Source: a virus
Direction: 5' to 3' (one strand)
Virus record (IMG/VR): IMGVR_UViG_3300045988_093281
DNA length: 40,142 nucleotides
The notes under the pieces are model-generated. The model worked only from the letters and a program-made list of their open reading frames with translations. It was not told where the DNA came from and did not search any database. The first letter of the stretch is position 1, and each line of letters starts with the position of its first letter. Position numbers and translations under genes: made by a program. This document shows, piece by piece, positions 14,188-24,283 of the stretch.

Positions 14188-15513
14188 TCATATCCTGTAC
14201 AACTTTGGTTCCGCCGAAATCCCGCTCACGTCCATGCTGCTTGTCAGCCACATATTCGCGTAAATTCTCGTCGTTTTCGTCAGCGTAAACGTCGCGCCGC
14301 CTCCAATGTCCCACACTGGCGTTCTCTCCGCCGTGCTGGCCCCGTCGCTGCTGGTCGTCGTGCCTGTGATCCCGCTCCCGGTGTCTGCATCATAGAGTCG
14401 GATACCCCACATGGAGTGGCTTGCATTTTTCGTGTTGGTTCCCGTCCCGTTGACAAAACCGGATAACTTGTAGACCCCCGGCGGCAGCTGAACTGGGCAG
14501 GATTTTGAAATCAGCGTTTTTGTGATGCCGGACGTTGCCTGTCCGCTCAGGCTCAATTTTTTCCCGGTCAGTGTGAACCCCAGCCCGTTTGTGGTGCTGT
14601 TCCCTTGCGGTATTCCCGACCATACGTCAGGGATAAGGTCTGTTGCCCCGGCGCTTAAATCTCCGCGTGCGCCGTTTTCCAGCGCCCCGTACAGTGGCCT
14701 CGCGTATAAAAACGGTGCTCTTGCTGACGTGCTTGTTACAATCAGGTTTCCGCTTGCCGGGTAACTGGTAATGTTTAAAAATTTGTCCTCGCTAATCATC
14801 ATGCCCACGTGGCTGATCCCGAAATATCGCTTTGGATACACCAGTGTCCCGTTGTCGTTCGTCTTGTAGAAAAAGCACAGGTCTCCTGGTTTTACATCTC
14901 GCTCCCCGGGCCAGAAGGTCAGTGACATTCTGGCATAGTAGGCCGCAATGTCCGAGGCTGTCACAATCCGCAGGTACCCGTCCGTTGTCTTGTATTTGTC
15001 CCCGGTGTAAGCAATATCTGCGTCCATCGGTTGTTTGTCAAAAAACGGTTCCGCCCATGCGTCATTTGTCGCTTTCACGTTCTGTGGAGCATAGGACTGA
15101 TTCGCCCCGGTGATCCCCGCAAACGGGCTTTTGAGGTACCCGATCCCTCGCAGCACAAAACCTGTGTAAGATGAGCAGTCCATAACGCCCGCTCCGCTTT
15201 CATCGGACAATCTTCCGGTTCCGTCCGCGTTGGTCGGCTTCATCGGGCCGTATCCGTCCTGGTATGCAAACGCCCTTGTTCCGCTTGCCTTTGCGTTCCA
15301 ATAGGTCATGCCGCAGACCACCGCCGCCATTGCCCCGTCAAAGTTTGAGCTGTCCGGCGATACCCCGCCGTTTGTGTTGATGTTCGGCGGCTTTGCCCAA
15401 ATCGTTTCAATTTCCGCCGGGATGTTCTCCCCTAGAATCGTTTGCGTTCTGCGCGTCTTCTCGCGGATTTTCTCCGTGATTGCCGCCAGCGTCTCCCGCT
15501 TGATGGTGTACAT
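14188..15513 (-). CDS. Tail-associated NlpC/P60-type cell-wall peptidase with a C-terminal beta-rich domain
   Basis: Cys motif VMDCSSYTGFVL and His motif GISHVGMMI, with the spacing expected of NlpC/P60. Confidence 0.75.
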   Translation of the reverse strand: MYTIKRETLAAITEKIREKTRRTQTILGENIPAEIETIWAKPPNINTNGGVSPDSSNFDGAMAAVVCGMTYWNAKASGTRAFAYQDGYGPMKPTNADGTGRLSDESGAGVMDCSSYTGFVLRGIGYLKSPFAGITGANQSYAPQNVKATNDAWAEPFFDKQPMDADIAYTGDKYKTTDGYLRIVTASDIAAYYARMSLTFWPGERDVKPGDLCFFYKTNDNGTLVYPKRYFGISHVGMMISEDKFLNITSYPASGNLIVTSTSARAPFLYARPLYGALENGARGDLSAGATDLIPDVWSGIPQGNSTTNGLGFTLTGKKLSLSGQATSGITKTLISKSCPVQLPPGVYKLSGFVNGTGTNTKNASHSMWGIRLYDADTGSGITGTTTSSDGASTAERTPVWDIGGGATFTLTKTTRIYANMWLTSSMDVSGISAEPKLYRI

Positions 15514-16763
15514 TACGTTGCTACCCCCTCAGCCGCCGTCAACCGCTCCCAGACCTTTTTTACGATTTCTTCCGGTGTCGTAGCCTCCTGCTTTTCTTTC
15601 GCTATGCTCTTGGTCAGCTCCGTTGCCGTGGCCCCCAGCGTTACCGTGCTTTTGTCCGGTGCCCCCGGCTCCAGGTGAATTTTGAGACACGGCATATCCG
15701 TCTCCAGATCGTGCGGCGCCGACCTCACGTGTACGATTTCCCCCAGCTGGATATCGTCAATCTCAATGTTCACAATGTTCAGGTCTACGGCGTTCAGTTC
15801 AATGGTCGTCGTGGCCTTCACCTGGTTTTTTAGCCACGCTTTTGCCTTGGTCAGCAGGTTGCTGGGCAGCGTCACATCGTCCCATACGTTTGTCCCCCAG
15901 ATTTTTCCCCAGACCTTGATACCGTCCGCATCCTCCACATACATGGTCCCGCCGTTGGCCTCCCGCACCGTCACCCGGTTCCCGTGCCACAGTGTCAGCC
16001 CGGATGTTTCTGGTTCTTCCGTATATTTGTCGTAGGTGTTTTCGTTTGTTCCGTTTTCTTCAATCCGCGCCCCGAACGGGTATAGCACCGTTACAATGTT
16101 CTCGGTGTCAATGTGCTCCTCCAGGTCAAGCAGATTTTCTCCAAATTCCACGGTCTGGTTGCTTTTTTCGGTCAGCTCCGCCAGGTAGTCCACATAATAT
16201 TTCCCGTCCGCCTCCCTGACCATTACGTACCCGCCCAGCATATCAATTAGCTTGCCCGAAACCGCCTCCCAGCTGGATATACTGGACTCGCTGGATCGTA
16301 CCAGCACCCCGTTGTTGTCCGGGTCTGTCACCGTCACAGTCCCCAGGTATAGCTTCTTGTAATCCTCCACCTCGCTATTGTGGGTTTCCAGGACAAACTT
16401 CAAAAAGTTTGTCACGGTTCCCTTGTACGCAAACGGCGGTAGCATCGAGTCGCAAAGGAACGCCAAGTGCCCCTCACAGTACACCTCCACATTGTTGTAA
16501 AAGTCCCGCGTGGTGTCCGCTACCCGTCCCCGAAATACTTTTCTTCCGCCGTAGGTTGCAATTACAACTGTCCCCAGCTGTGTTACCGTATCATACCCAG
16601 GGTTTGTAATCGGCACCGTGAACTTCATCGACCCATGAGCGTTTACCTCCAAGTCAATTTCTATTTCCGCTACCACGCGCCCTTGATCGTACAGATTCGG
16701 GTGGTCAATGCATACATCCCCCGCATAAACGGCCCACAGCGCCGGGTTGCTGTTTACGTTCAC
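15513..16763 (-). CDS. Tal-type tail tip protein (prophage tail endopeptidase-like N-terminal domain)
   Basis: 416 aa, directly after Dit. YCEGHLAFLCDS.. and LYLGTVTV.. resemble siphovirus Tal N-terminal domains (from memory). Confidence 0.75.
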   Translation of the reverse strand: MNVNSNPALWAVYAGDVCIDHPNLYDQGRVVAEIEIDLEVNAHGSMKFTVPITNPGYDTVTQLGTVVIATYGGRKVFRGRVADTTRDFYNNVEVYCEGHLAFLCDSMLPPFAYKGTVTNFLKFVLETHNSEVEDYKKLYLGTVTVTDPDNNGVLVRSSESSISSWEAVSGKLIDMLGGYVMVREADGKYYVDYLAELTEKSNQTVEFGENLLDLEEHIDTENIVTVLYPFGARIEENGTNENTYDKYTEEPETSGLTLWHGNRVTVREANGGTMYVEDADGIKVWGKIWGTNVWDDVTLPSNLLTKAKAWLKNQVKATTTIELNAVDLNIVNIEIDDIQLGEIVHVRSAPHDLETDMPCLKIHLEPGAPDKSTVTLGATATELTKSIAKEKQEATTPEEIVKKVWERLTAAEGVAT

Positions 16764-17815
16764 AGGCTTCCCCTCCTGTACCGGATCGTCACAGTCTCGC
16801 CGCCGGTCACTGCGTTCTTCGCCGCGATTGCAAACGTCACCGGGTCATTTCGGATTATAATGTTTTCGTTGAAGTATGTTCCTTCGGTCACGTCATATCC
16901 CTGCCCGTTGACCGTGATCTTTACGTCTGCGGTTGTCTCAATGGTTGGGATTACCGGCTTTGCCGAGCCTTCCACCGTAATGGTCGCGTTCGCTTGCAGC
17001 GTCCCGTATATTTTTACGTTGCTTACATCTCCCGTCACGGTTACTCTGTATATTTTTCCCCAATCAATTGTGGTTTTTGCTTTTTCCAGCGTCCAGGCGT
17101 AATGTGTGCTCTGCACCTGCTCCAGGCTTCCCACGCTCTTATCCCCTGCTTTAACCGCGATGCTTACTTTCCTCCCGGCTTTTTTGTCGTATTCCACCGT
17201 TAGCGCCTTGAAAAGGCTCCAGTCAACGCTCCGCACGTTTTTAGACCCGAATACGATCACCGTTTTCTTCGCGTCACCGCTGCCGGAGTTTAGCGTATAC
17301 ATATCGTTCCTGACGCCGATCAGCCTGATTTTCTTTTCGCTTTCCGCCGACAGCTCCACCGCATATTCCCGTTCTGTTTTTTCTGTCTTAAATGGCCGCA
17401 CCGTCGCCCGGAGCGTCGGAAATGCCATTGTCCCATCCGCATCCCATTCGTCCACAGTCACCCGCCCCTCATAGGTATAACCCGGATCGTCGCTGCACGT
17501 AATTTCGCATCTTCTGCCGTGTACCGCGTTCATGACGTCCGTGTAGATTTTGTTCCATTCCTTCCGTTTCTTCCGGCAAAGGAACGGAAATTCAATTTCT
17601 CTGTCCTGGTAGGTCACTGTCCCGATGGTGCTTTCCGTCAGGTCAAGGCTTCCGTTTCGCCCTGGAACCTCCACCATATAGGTGTTTGGTTCCGGGGCGG
17701 AGACCACCACCGGCTCCGTCAGGTACAGCCCCCAGTCCTCATAGGAGTTGTACGTTACCGTCTCTCCGTTTGCCTCTCTTGTGAAATCTACCGAATGGTA
17801 GTGATTAGTTGCCAC
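16760..17815 (-). CDS. Distal tail protein (Dit) with a C-terminal extension
   Basis: 351 aa, directly after the tape measure. The N-terminus SVDFTREANGETVTYNSYEDWGLYL..PGRNGSLDLTE is typical of Dit. Confidence 0.8.
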   Translation of the reverse strand: MATNHYHSVDFTREANGETVTYNSYEDWGLYLTEPVVVSAPEPNTYMVEVPGRNGSLDLTESTIGTVTYQDREIEFPFLCRKKRKEWNKIYTDVMNAVHGRRCEITCSDDPGYTYEGRVTVDEWDADGTMAFPTLRATVRPFKTEKTEREYAVELSAESEKKIRLIGVRNDMYTLNSGSGDAKKTVIVFGSKNVRSVDWSLFKALTVEYDKKAGRKVSIAVKAGDKSVGSLEQVQSTHYAWTLEKAKTTIDWGKIYRVTVTGDVSNVKIYGTLQANATITVEGSAKPVIPTIETTADVKITVNGQGYDVTEGTYFNENIIIRNDPVTFAIAAKNAVTGGETVTIRYRRGSL

Positions 17816-20800
17816 GGCGCTTCCTCCGTTCTTTGCTTCCCAGATCGCTGTCGATGTACGGTGCTACCGCCTTCGCCAGCCCCTTTGCGGTGATCCCGCT
17901 CCCATTGTCCATCTTTTCTACGATTTCCGGCAGGTACTGCTCCAGTATTTTTTCCAGCTTCTGATTCCCGTTCCCGCTTTCTTTGCTTTTTTTCTCCGTT
18001 TCTGCACGGTTTCCTGCCCCGTAAACGCCCGCTGCACTTTCCCGCGACATTCGATTCGCCGCTTTTGTTACCTCGCTGATGTGCTCCGTAATGCCCTGTG
18101 CAAAGCCCTCGTCATAATACCGGCCTACCTCCGCCATAACCCGGCTTGGCGACCGAATCCCCAGCCTGTCCTTTGCCGCCTTGTATGCATCCTGCGCAGC
18201 ATTTTCCGCCGCTTGTCTAATCATCCAGCTATTGGCGTTGATCCCTCTTGCCACGCCCGCCGCAATGCTGTATCCAACGTTGTACCAGCTTACGGAGTTA
18301 AACTGGCTTGCTGCGCTTGCCGCTATGGTCTGCGCCGCCACCTTAACGCTTTCCTGCTTGCCAAGCATACCAATCTTAAACTGGGTGATCGCGCTCCCGC
18401 CTGCGTCCCTGTATTTGCTCTTTTCGCCCTCAGCGGCGCCCGCACCGGCATCCGAGACCGCCTCCGCAGCCGTTTCCACGGTTCCGGTCTGGCCTTCAAC
18501 CCCGCCCGCGTAATCTTCAGCGTTGGCTGCACCGGCTCCTTCATAATCACCCGTCTGTAATGTTTCTGCTCCGGAGGCGCTGTATTCTCCGTACAGCCCG
18601 TCTACTCTTGCAAGACTTTCGTTCGTGCTATTGTAAAAAGCCCATCCTCCGGTTTCTCCGACTTCGCCCATTGCGGCTGCCAGTTTCTCATAGTTTCCGG
18701 ATGTGTCGTCCACCATCGCCTGGACTTGAGCTGCATACCCGACGCCAAGATTCCGCATTACGTTGATTAGATCAATCGCACCCTGATCGTTGTTCGCAAC
18801 TGCATCCGCCATTAGGTCTGTTAGATTCTGATCCCAGTTTTGATATGCTTGTACGTTGTACTCCAGGTTTTCCGCCATGTCCGACAGTGATATTTCGGCA
18901 TCTGTACTCAGCTTCTGGAAGCCGTTTATAATGCTGTCCTTGACGCTGTTTACGCCTTCGCCCCATTCCTCCGCGCTGATCTCGTTGTTAATCAGCCATT
19001 GACTGAGGTCTTCCAATGGGATCCCTAGGCTTTCCACCCCGGCCACCAACCCCGGATACTGCGTAATCAGTTCCTCGTTGGTTGCTCTCAGGTTCAGCGC
19101 CGCCAGCTGTATTTCCGCCGTCTTCACCGCCGCCTCCGACGCGGTGTCCTTGTACTTTTCAAACTCACTTTCTAGGTCTTCGTAAACGCTTCGCAGGTCT
19201 CCGCCGGATTCCGTTGCGTCTGCGGCCTTGTCCGTCACGTCTGCCAGCGCATCGTTGGCTTCCTGCATTTCTTCAGTCAGCTCTTCAGCTGCCCCAGCTG
19301 TGTTTTCTGCGATGTCCCCCAGTTCCCCGGTTTGGTCGCTTGCGTCCTCCGTTTTTGAGTTGTATTCTTCGACCTCGCCAGTAATACTGTTGTACTGGCC
19401 TTCCAAGGACGCATAGGAGCCGTTCACATCCTCCAATGAGGCCTGTAGTTCGTCACACTTTTCTTGTGCCGCAACCTCTCGGCTGTGCATATCGTCATAG
19501 GAGGCCGTTCCGTCTTCAATCGCCTTGTTTGTGTTTTCCTGTGCTTCTGCCAATTCTTCCTGTGCATCAGCCAGTTGTTTTTCCAGCGTGTAGCGGTTGC
19601 TCTCCAGCTGTACCATTTGGTCTACAATGGCTTCTGCCTTTTGCTGGAGCATCATTGTCCTTACGTATGCTTCGAGTGCCTCCGTTGTCATGTTCAGTTT
19701 GCCGGTCTCTTCGTCATAGCTGAGGTTTAGGCCTTCAACGGAGTTATTGAGTTGGTCAACCGTGGTCTTTATCTGCGCTGTCTGTGCAGCTGTTTTGTTC
19801 TCCTGCCCGGTCAGTGATATGAGGCTTTGCAGCAACCCCATTGTTTTTTCTTGGCTGGCTTCCATGGTCGCTTCCGTTTCTTCCCAGCCCTCAACGGATT
19901 TTTTCGCCTCGTTGACCGCGCTCGACCATTCGTTTGCCTCGTCCCTGCCGCCGATAAATGCCGCAGTTGCAACACCCAGTACTGTACTAAGCGCTCCAAC
20001 TCCGATTGCTACCGGGTTAATAACTCCGCCTAGTGTGCTTGTCACCAGCTGGAACACCTTTACCGCTGTTGTCGCTACCGTGATCCCGGTTGTAAACGTT
20101 GCCAGCGCCGCCACAACTCCGGTTATCACCGGCACTGCCTCTTCATTTTCGTTTACAAACTTCGTCATTCCGGTCAGCACGCCCGTAAAGCCCTCTGCCA
20201 GCTCTCCCAGCGCCGGCGTCAGCTTGTCTCCTACCGCGATTTCCAGCCCTTCCAACGCGCTTTTCGCCAGCTTTACCTGCCCTGTGTAGGTATCCAGCTT
20301 GATATTGGACATATCCTCCGCCGCGCCGGAACAGTTTGCAATGGATTCTGTCAGGTTGTTCCAGTCCTCGTCACTGGCATTAACGATGGCCAGCAGCCCC
20401 TTCATTCCCCGCTGACCTGCCAGCATATAGGCGTTGTTGATCTTCTGCTCCTCGGTCATGCCCGCAAAGCTGTCCCGCAGCTCCCCGAGGAACTGTCCCA
20501 GCGGCTTTGCCTGTCCGCTTGCGTTAAACATGGTCAGCCCCAGGTCTTCCATGGCTCCGTTTGCCGTCTCATTCGCGCCGGACATTCTGGTCAGCGCCGT
20601 GGTCAGCGCCGTGCCGGACATCTCCGCCTTGAGGCCGTTGTTCGCCATAATACCCAAAGCTACTGCAACGTCGTCAATGCTGTAGCCCATGCCGCCCGCC
20701 GTTGTGGCGCAGGCCTGGAAGCTGTTGCCCAGCAAGGCCACAGAAGTGTTTGTGTCCGCCGAAGCTCTTGCCAGTACGTCCGCAAAGTGTCCCGCCTGAT

Positions 20801-22007
20801 CCGCTCCATAGCCGAATGCGGTCATAGCGTCCACAACCATATTGGTTGTGTCCCCCAAGTCTTCGCCGGACGCCGATGCAAGGCTCATGGTGCCTGCCAT
20901 GGAGTCCAGCATTTCGTCCACCGTCCAGCCCGCCTGTCCCATGACCTGATAGGCATTCGCCACGTCCTGGGCCATAAACACCGTGGTAGCGGCATAGTCC
21001 TTTGCCTGGGCCTCCAGCTTGCCCATTTCGTCCGTGGTCGCGCCGGATACCGCTTGCACCGTTGCCATTGTGTAGTGGAAGTCTGCCGATACGTCCACGC
21101 ACTCTTTCAGTGCCGCCGCCACCTTGCGGATACCCTCTACAACGCCGGATGTGACCAAAATGGAGGACAGTGTATCAAAGGATTCGCTGACACGGGATGT
21201 GCTGTCTGCACCGTCCTCCATGTCCGCTGCCGCTTCTTTGACCTCTTTTCCCATCTTGTCAATGGAGGTTGCGCAGTGGTCTGAGGCGTTCTTTGCTTCT
21301 TCCAGATATCCGTTTGTTTTATTGATCTCAACAGTCAGGTTCGCTTCCTCCGCTTTCGCGGTGTTCAGCTGCTGCTGCCATTTTTCTGTTTTATTTGTTG
21401 TGCTCTGGAGCTTTCCTTCCTGTACGGTAAGGTCTTTTGTCAGTTCTGCTTGTGTCTCCAGTAGCTTTCCGGTTTCCTCCGCCGCGCCGTTTGTACTTGT
21501 GTTCAGCGCTGTCATTTTCCCGTTGAGGTCATTGATCTCTTTTTCAAGCTCTGCTTGTTTGCTGGATGTATCCTCAGTCGTGTTTTTCAGCGCTTCCAGC
21601 TCTGCTTTTGCTGCATCTAGCCGGTTTTTGTAGGTAAGCCACTGCTTCCCGCTCTTTTGCGTCGCCGCGTCCGTGGCTTCCAGCTTTTTTCTGTTGTCTT
21701 CCAGCTGGTTCTTGGTGTTTTCAACCGCCGTTTTCATCTGGTCTTGTGCCGTCTTACCTGCCTTAATGGCATTGTTCAGCACTGTTATTTTTTCTCGCTG
21801 CTTTTCAAGGGTGCGGGTGAGGACGCTCAGTTTCTCGCTAAGCGCTTCCTGCGAGTTGGCATTGGTCTGGAATGTCGCCGTAACCGCTGCCATTTCCGTT
21901 TTCAGCGTTTTCAGCGCCGTGTTGATGCTTGTCACCGCAGACCTGTACTGTTTTTCGCCCTCAATTGAAACCTTGGTCGCAATACTTCTTCCGGTGCTTT
22001 TCGCCAT
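17805..22007 (-). CDS. Tail tape measure protein (TP901-type core)
   Basis: 1400 aa with extended coiled coils. Core block ATTVFMAQDVANAYQVMGQAGW..ALGIMANNGLKAEMSGTAL, and Gly/Ala-rich TM-like segments. Confidence 0.95.
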   Translation of the reverse strand: MAKSTGRSIATKVSIEGEKQYRSAVTSINTALKTLKTEMAAVTATFQTNANSQEALSEKLSVLTRTLEKQREKITVLNNAIKAGKTAQDQMKTAVENTKNQLEDNRKKLEATDAATQKSGKQWLTYKNRLDAAKAELEALKNTTEDTSSKQAELEKEINDLNGKMTALNTSTNGAAEETGKLLETQAELTKDLTVQEGKLQSTTNKTEKWQQQLNTAKAEEANLTVEINKTNGYLEEAKNASDHCATSIDKMGKEVKEAAADMEDGADSTSRVSESFDTLSSILVTSGVVEGIRKVAAALKECVDVSADFHYTMATVQAVSGATTDEMGKLEAQAKDYAATTVFMAQDVANAYQVMGQAGWTVDEMLDSMAGTMSLASASGEDLGDTTNMVVDAMTAFGYGADQAGHFADVLARASADTNTSVALLGNSFQACATTAGGMGYSIDDVAVALGIMANNGLKAEMSGTALTTALTRMSGANETANGAMEDLGLTMFNASGQAKPLGQFLGELRDSFAGMTEEQKINNAYMLAGQRGMKGLLAIVNASDEDWNNLTESIANCSGAAEDMSNIKLDTYTGQVKLAKSALEGLEIAVGDKLTPALGELAEGFTGVLTGMTKFVNENEEAVPVITGVVAALATFTTGITVATTAVKVFQLVTSTLGGVINPVAIGVGALSTVLGVATAAFIGGRDEANEWSSAVNEAKKSVEGWEETEATMEASQEKTMGLLQSLISLTGQENKTAAQTAQIKTTVDQLNNSVEGLNLSYDEETGKLNMTTEALEAYVRTMMLQQKAEAIVDQMVQLESNRYTLEKQLADAQEELAEAQENTNKAIEDGTASYDDMHSREVAAQEKCDELQASLEDVNGSYASLEGQYNSITGEVEEYNSKTEDASDQTGELGDIAENTAGAAEELTEEMQEANDALADVTDKAADATESGGDLRSVYEDLESEFEKYKDTASEAAVKTAEIQLAALNLRATNEELITQYPGLVAGVESLGIPLEDLSQWLINNEISAEEWGEGVNSVKDSIINGFQKLSTDAEISLSDMAENLEYNVQAYQNWDQNLTDLMADAVANNDQGAIDLINVMRNLGVGYAAQVQAMVDDTSGNYEKLAAAMGEVGETGGWAFYNSTNESLARVDGLYGEYSASGAETLQTGDYEGAGAANAEDYAGGVEGQTGTVETAAEAVSDAGAGAAEGEKSKYRDAGGSAITQFKIGMLGKQESVKVAAQTIAASAASQFNSVSWYNVGYSIAAGVARGINANSWMIRQAAENAAQDAYKAAKDRLGIRSPSRVMAEVGRYYDEGFAQGITEHISEVTKAANRMSRESAAGVYGAGNRAETEKKSKESGNGNQKLEKILEQYLPEIVEKMDNGSGITAKGLAKAVAPYIDSDLGSKERRKRRGN

Positions 22008-22018
22008 TCCGCCGCCTC

Positions 22019-22578
22019 CTACGCTTCGTCGTCTTTAATCCCGTGTGATTGCTTGTAAATCTCCCAAAGGTCGGTGATGATCCCGACCGGGTACTGCAAT
22101 GTTTCCTGGATGCTAAGGCCGCACCGGACGCCCACTGCTATGTAGCTCGCCGCCGATAGCGTGTCGTCGTCCGGCGCGGCACCCATTTCACTTAGTTTTT
22201 TTTTAACTCGATCGTGTCAATGTCCACCATGTCGCTTTCCTCCGGCTTGTAGTCCCTGTGGGTGCCGTACATAATGGCCGCATTGATTCCCGCAATCGCG
22301 CTTTGTAGCTCCCATGGACTTGCAGCGTACCGGAGGTATTTTTTCATCTCGTCCGTGTCCGGCACCGGGTCTGCGTCGTAGCCATAGACGCTGCACGCGG
22401 CAGACGCCTCCCTTGCCATCAGGTGCAGCATATCCGCCACCCGCTCCGGGTTTTCCATGCCGATATCCTGGTCTCCGTCTTCCCTTTGCGTCCACTCAAT
22501 CATGGCCCGTCCGTTCCACAGGAGCCGGAATTCCCAACCTCCGAGTGTTACCCTCGGCATATTCAGTACGCCGCCCAT
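22019..22578 (-). CDS. Tail assembly chaperone G-T fusion made by a programmed -1 frameshift
   Basis: After slippage on the A9 run, the -1 frame stays open for 59 more codons (KLSEMGAAPDDDTLSAASYIAVGVRCGLSIQETLQYPVGIITDLWEIYKQSHGIKDDEA). It stops at TAG 22019-22021, just before the tape measure SD. Confidence 0.7.
22192..22578 (-). CDS. Tail assembly chaperone (G-like, zero frame)
   Basis: 128 aa, between the major tail and tape measure genes. Ends ..IELKKN on the slippery run. Confidence 0.8.
   Translation of the reverse strand: MGGVLNMPRVTLGGWEFRLLWNGRAMIEWTQREDGDQDIGMENPERVADMLHLMAREASAACSVYGYDADPVPDTDEMKKYLRYAASPWELQSAIAGINAAIMYGTHRDYKPEESDMVDIDTIELKKN
22196..22204 (-). promoter_or_regulatory. 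Slippery sequence for -1 ribosomal frameshifting
   Basis: TTA AAA AAA AAC TAA, with nine consecutive A on the minus strand. Confidence 0.7.
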
Positions 22579-22581
22579 GGT

Positions 22582-23166
22582 TTAACCCGCCTGACCGGCC
22601 TTGGTTTTGAGCCACTCCACCGCCGCGTCCTCTTTGTCGAACTCCTGATAGCTTCTGGTGGGGCCAAAGCTCGGCTCGATTGCATTGAAGGTTACGGTGG
22701 TGGAGGCAAGGTTCAAGCTGGAGCCGCCGGAGGTGCTCTCCTCTTCCCCCTGCACCGCCTGGGCCTTGTAGTAGAAGTAGGCCATAAAGGTCTTTTTATT
22801 GGTCTTGTCCGCCATAGTCCGCAGGTATCCGATGCCGACGTAGGGTGCAATGTCCTCCATCTTTTCATCCACCTGCTTGGTTTCTGTGCCGGTCAGTGCG
22901 TGGCCGTACAGCTTGCCCGCAGTCTCCGCAGGTACGCCCCAGCCTGTCCATTCCACCGTCCAGCCGGTCACCTGGGAGATATTCGCCACCTGCTTGTCGT
23001 CTCCGTCTGCGGTCGCGTTTGCAGTGGTGGGGCTTGCCTTTACTGCGTTGGTGTCTCCGATTTCCAGCATCGCGTCATAGGTGGGGACTGCCGTATCCGT
23101 CTCCGCCTTCAGCGGGAAAATCATCATCCGTCTTACGCCCACGCCAAATTTATTGGTTGCCATCAA
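22582..23166 (-). CDS. Major tail protein
   Basis: 194 aa, immediately upstream of the G/GT chaperone. No sheath gene is present. Confidence 0.85.
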   Translation of the reverse strand: MMATNKFGVGVRRMMIFPLKAETDTAVPTYDAMLEIGDTNAVKASPTTANATADGDDKQVANISQVTGWTVEWTGWGVPAETAGKLYGHALTGTETKQVDEKMEDIAPYVGIGYLRTMADKTNKKTFMAYFYYKAQAVQGEEESTSGGSSLNLASTTVTFNAIEPSFGPTRSYQEFDKEDAAVEWLKTKAGQAG

Positions 23167-23177
23167 ATCATTCCTTT

Positions 23178-23570
23178 CTATTTGTCCTTTAGCAGCACGT
23201 CTCCCATGCGCTGCACGATTGCTTGTTCTCCAGTTTCTACCGCCAGCCGGTTAAACGCTCTTGCCGGTTGGTGCCGTTTCCCATACTCGTTGATAAAGGC
23301 AACTTCCGCATTTCGGTTCCCCTTTCGGTTCCGCCCGGTGTAGGTCACGTAGCATTCCCAGCCATCCGCGCCTTTTTTCGGTGCTTTCACGGTCAGAGCC
23401 CCCAGCGTATCGCCGGTTCGCTTTACTCCCATGGCCCTGCCTTTGTTGTAGGTGTAGGTCTTCAGCAGCTTCGCCCCGGCTTCTACCGCCGCTTCCACGT
23501 TTTCTTCCCCGGCATCCAGCGCCAGTTCGAACAGCTTTTTGGAGTTGCTGGTAAATATGATCTTTCCCAT
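23178..23570 (-). CDS. HK97 gp10-like tail-completion / neck protein
   Basis: Internal ATG 23570 directly after the upstream stop. EVAFINEYGKRHQPARAF resembles gp10-family proteins. Confidence 0.7.
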   Translation of the reverse strand: MGKIIFTSNSKKLFELALDAGEENVEAAVEAGAKLLKTYTYNKGRAMGVKRTGDTLGALTVKAPKKGADGWECYVTYTGRNRKGNRNAEVAFINEYGKRHQPARAFNRLAVETGEQAIVQRMGDVLLKDK

Positions 23571-23572
23571 CG

Positions 23573-23902
23573 CTACACACCGCCCAGAAACGTCACCGTC
23601 CAGATATACCGCCATTCCTCCCGGTCGTTGTCATACGTCATGCCGTCAAACTGATAATTTACGCCCATGTCATTAAGCGCCAGTTGGATGGTGCCCGGTA
23701 CATCGTCGTATTCCTTTATGGTGTAGTAGTCCAGTTGACACAGTGCCACGGTTGCCACCGGTGCATCGTCCCCGTAGCTGCTGTTCGTCTCCAGCTCCTG
23801 CCAGCACAGTACGGGGCATTCGTCGTCCGGGGCCGCCATCAGGTGGTAGACCGGCACGCTGACCGCCTCCACCAGCTTGTCCTTAAACTCCTGTACTGTC
23901 AC
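23573..23902 (-). CDS. 109-aa head-tail joining protein (family unclear)
   Basis: GTG 23902 lies 9 nt after GGAGG. Position is between the head-closure and gp10-like genes. Confidence 0.6.
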   Translation of the reverse strand: MTVQEFKDKLVEAVSVPVYHLMAAPDDECPVLCWQELETNSSYGDDAPVATVALCQLDYYTIKEYDDVPGTIQLALNDMGVNYQFDGMTYDNDREEWRYIWTVTFLGGV

Positions 23903-24281
23903 CCTCGGCCACCTCCGTTTTATACTGTGTCTTGCTGATCTCCAGCGTCACGTCCAGGCTCTCCGGGGTTGTCATGGTGTTCCGTGCGACCTTCTGCACC
24001 TTGTACTGCCTGTCATCCCCGGAAAGCGTTACGATGTCTCCGGAGGGCTGAATGCCTGAGACGCGCGGAATCCTGACCACTTTCGAAATCCTGCTATCCG
24101 CCTGCATGGCCGCATAATACCTTACGTCGCCTACCTTTTTTTCGGTAAACGGCACTCGGAGGAATTCCTCCATGGTGTATTTCGGTCTATCGCCCTTTCC
24201 GGCTTCATTTTTTACCCGGTGGAAAATGGCAAGCCCGTCCGTAAACGTCTGCGGCCCCAGAGGTGTTTCAATGCTTCTCAT
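23883..24281 (-). CDS. Head closure / head-tail adaptor protein (SPP1 gp16-like)
   Basis: 132 aa, with the position and size typical of this module. Confidence 0.7.
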   Translation of the reverse strand: MRSIETPLGPQTFTDGLAIFHRVKNEAGKGDRPKYTMEEFLRVPFTEKKVGDVRYYAAMQADSRISKVVRIPRVSGIQPSGDIVTLSGDDRQYKVQKVARNTMTTPESLDVTLEISKTQYKTEVAEGDSTGV

Positions 24282-24283
24282 AG

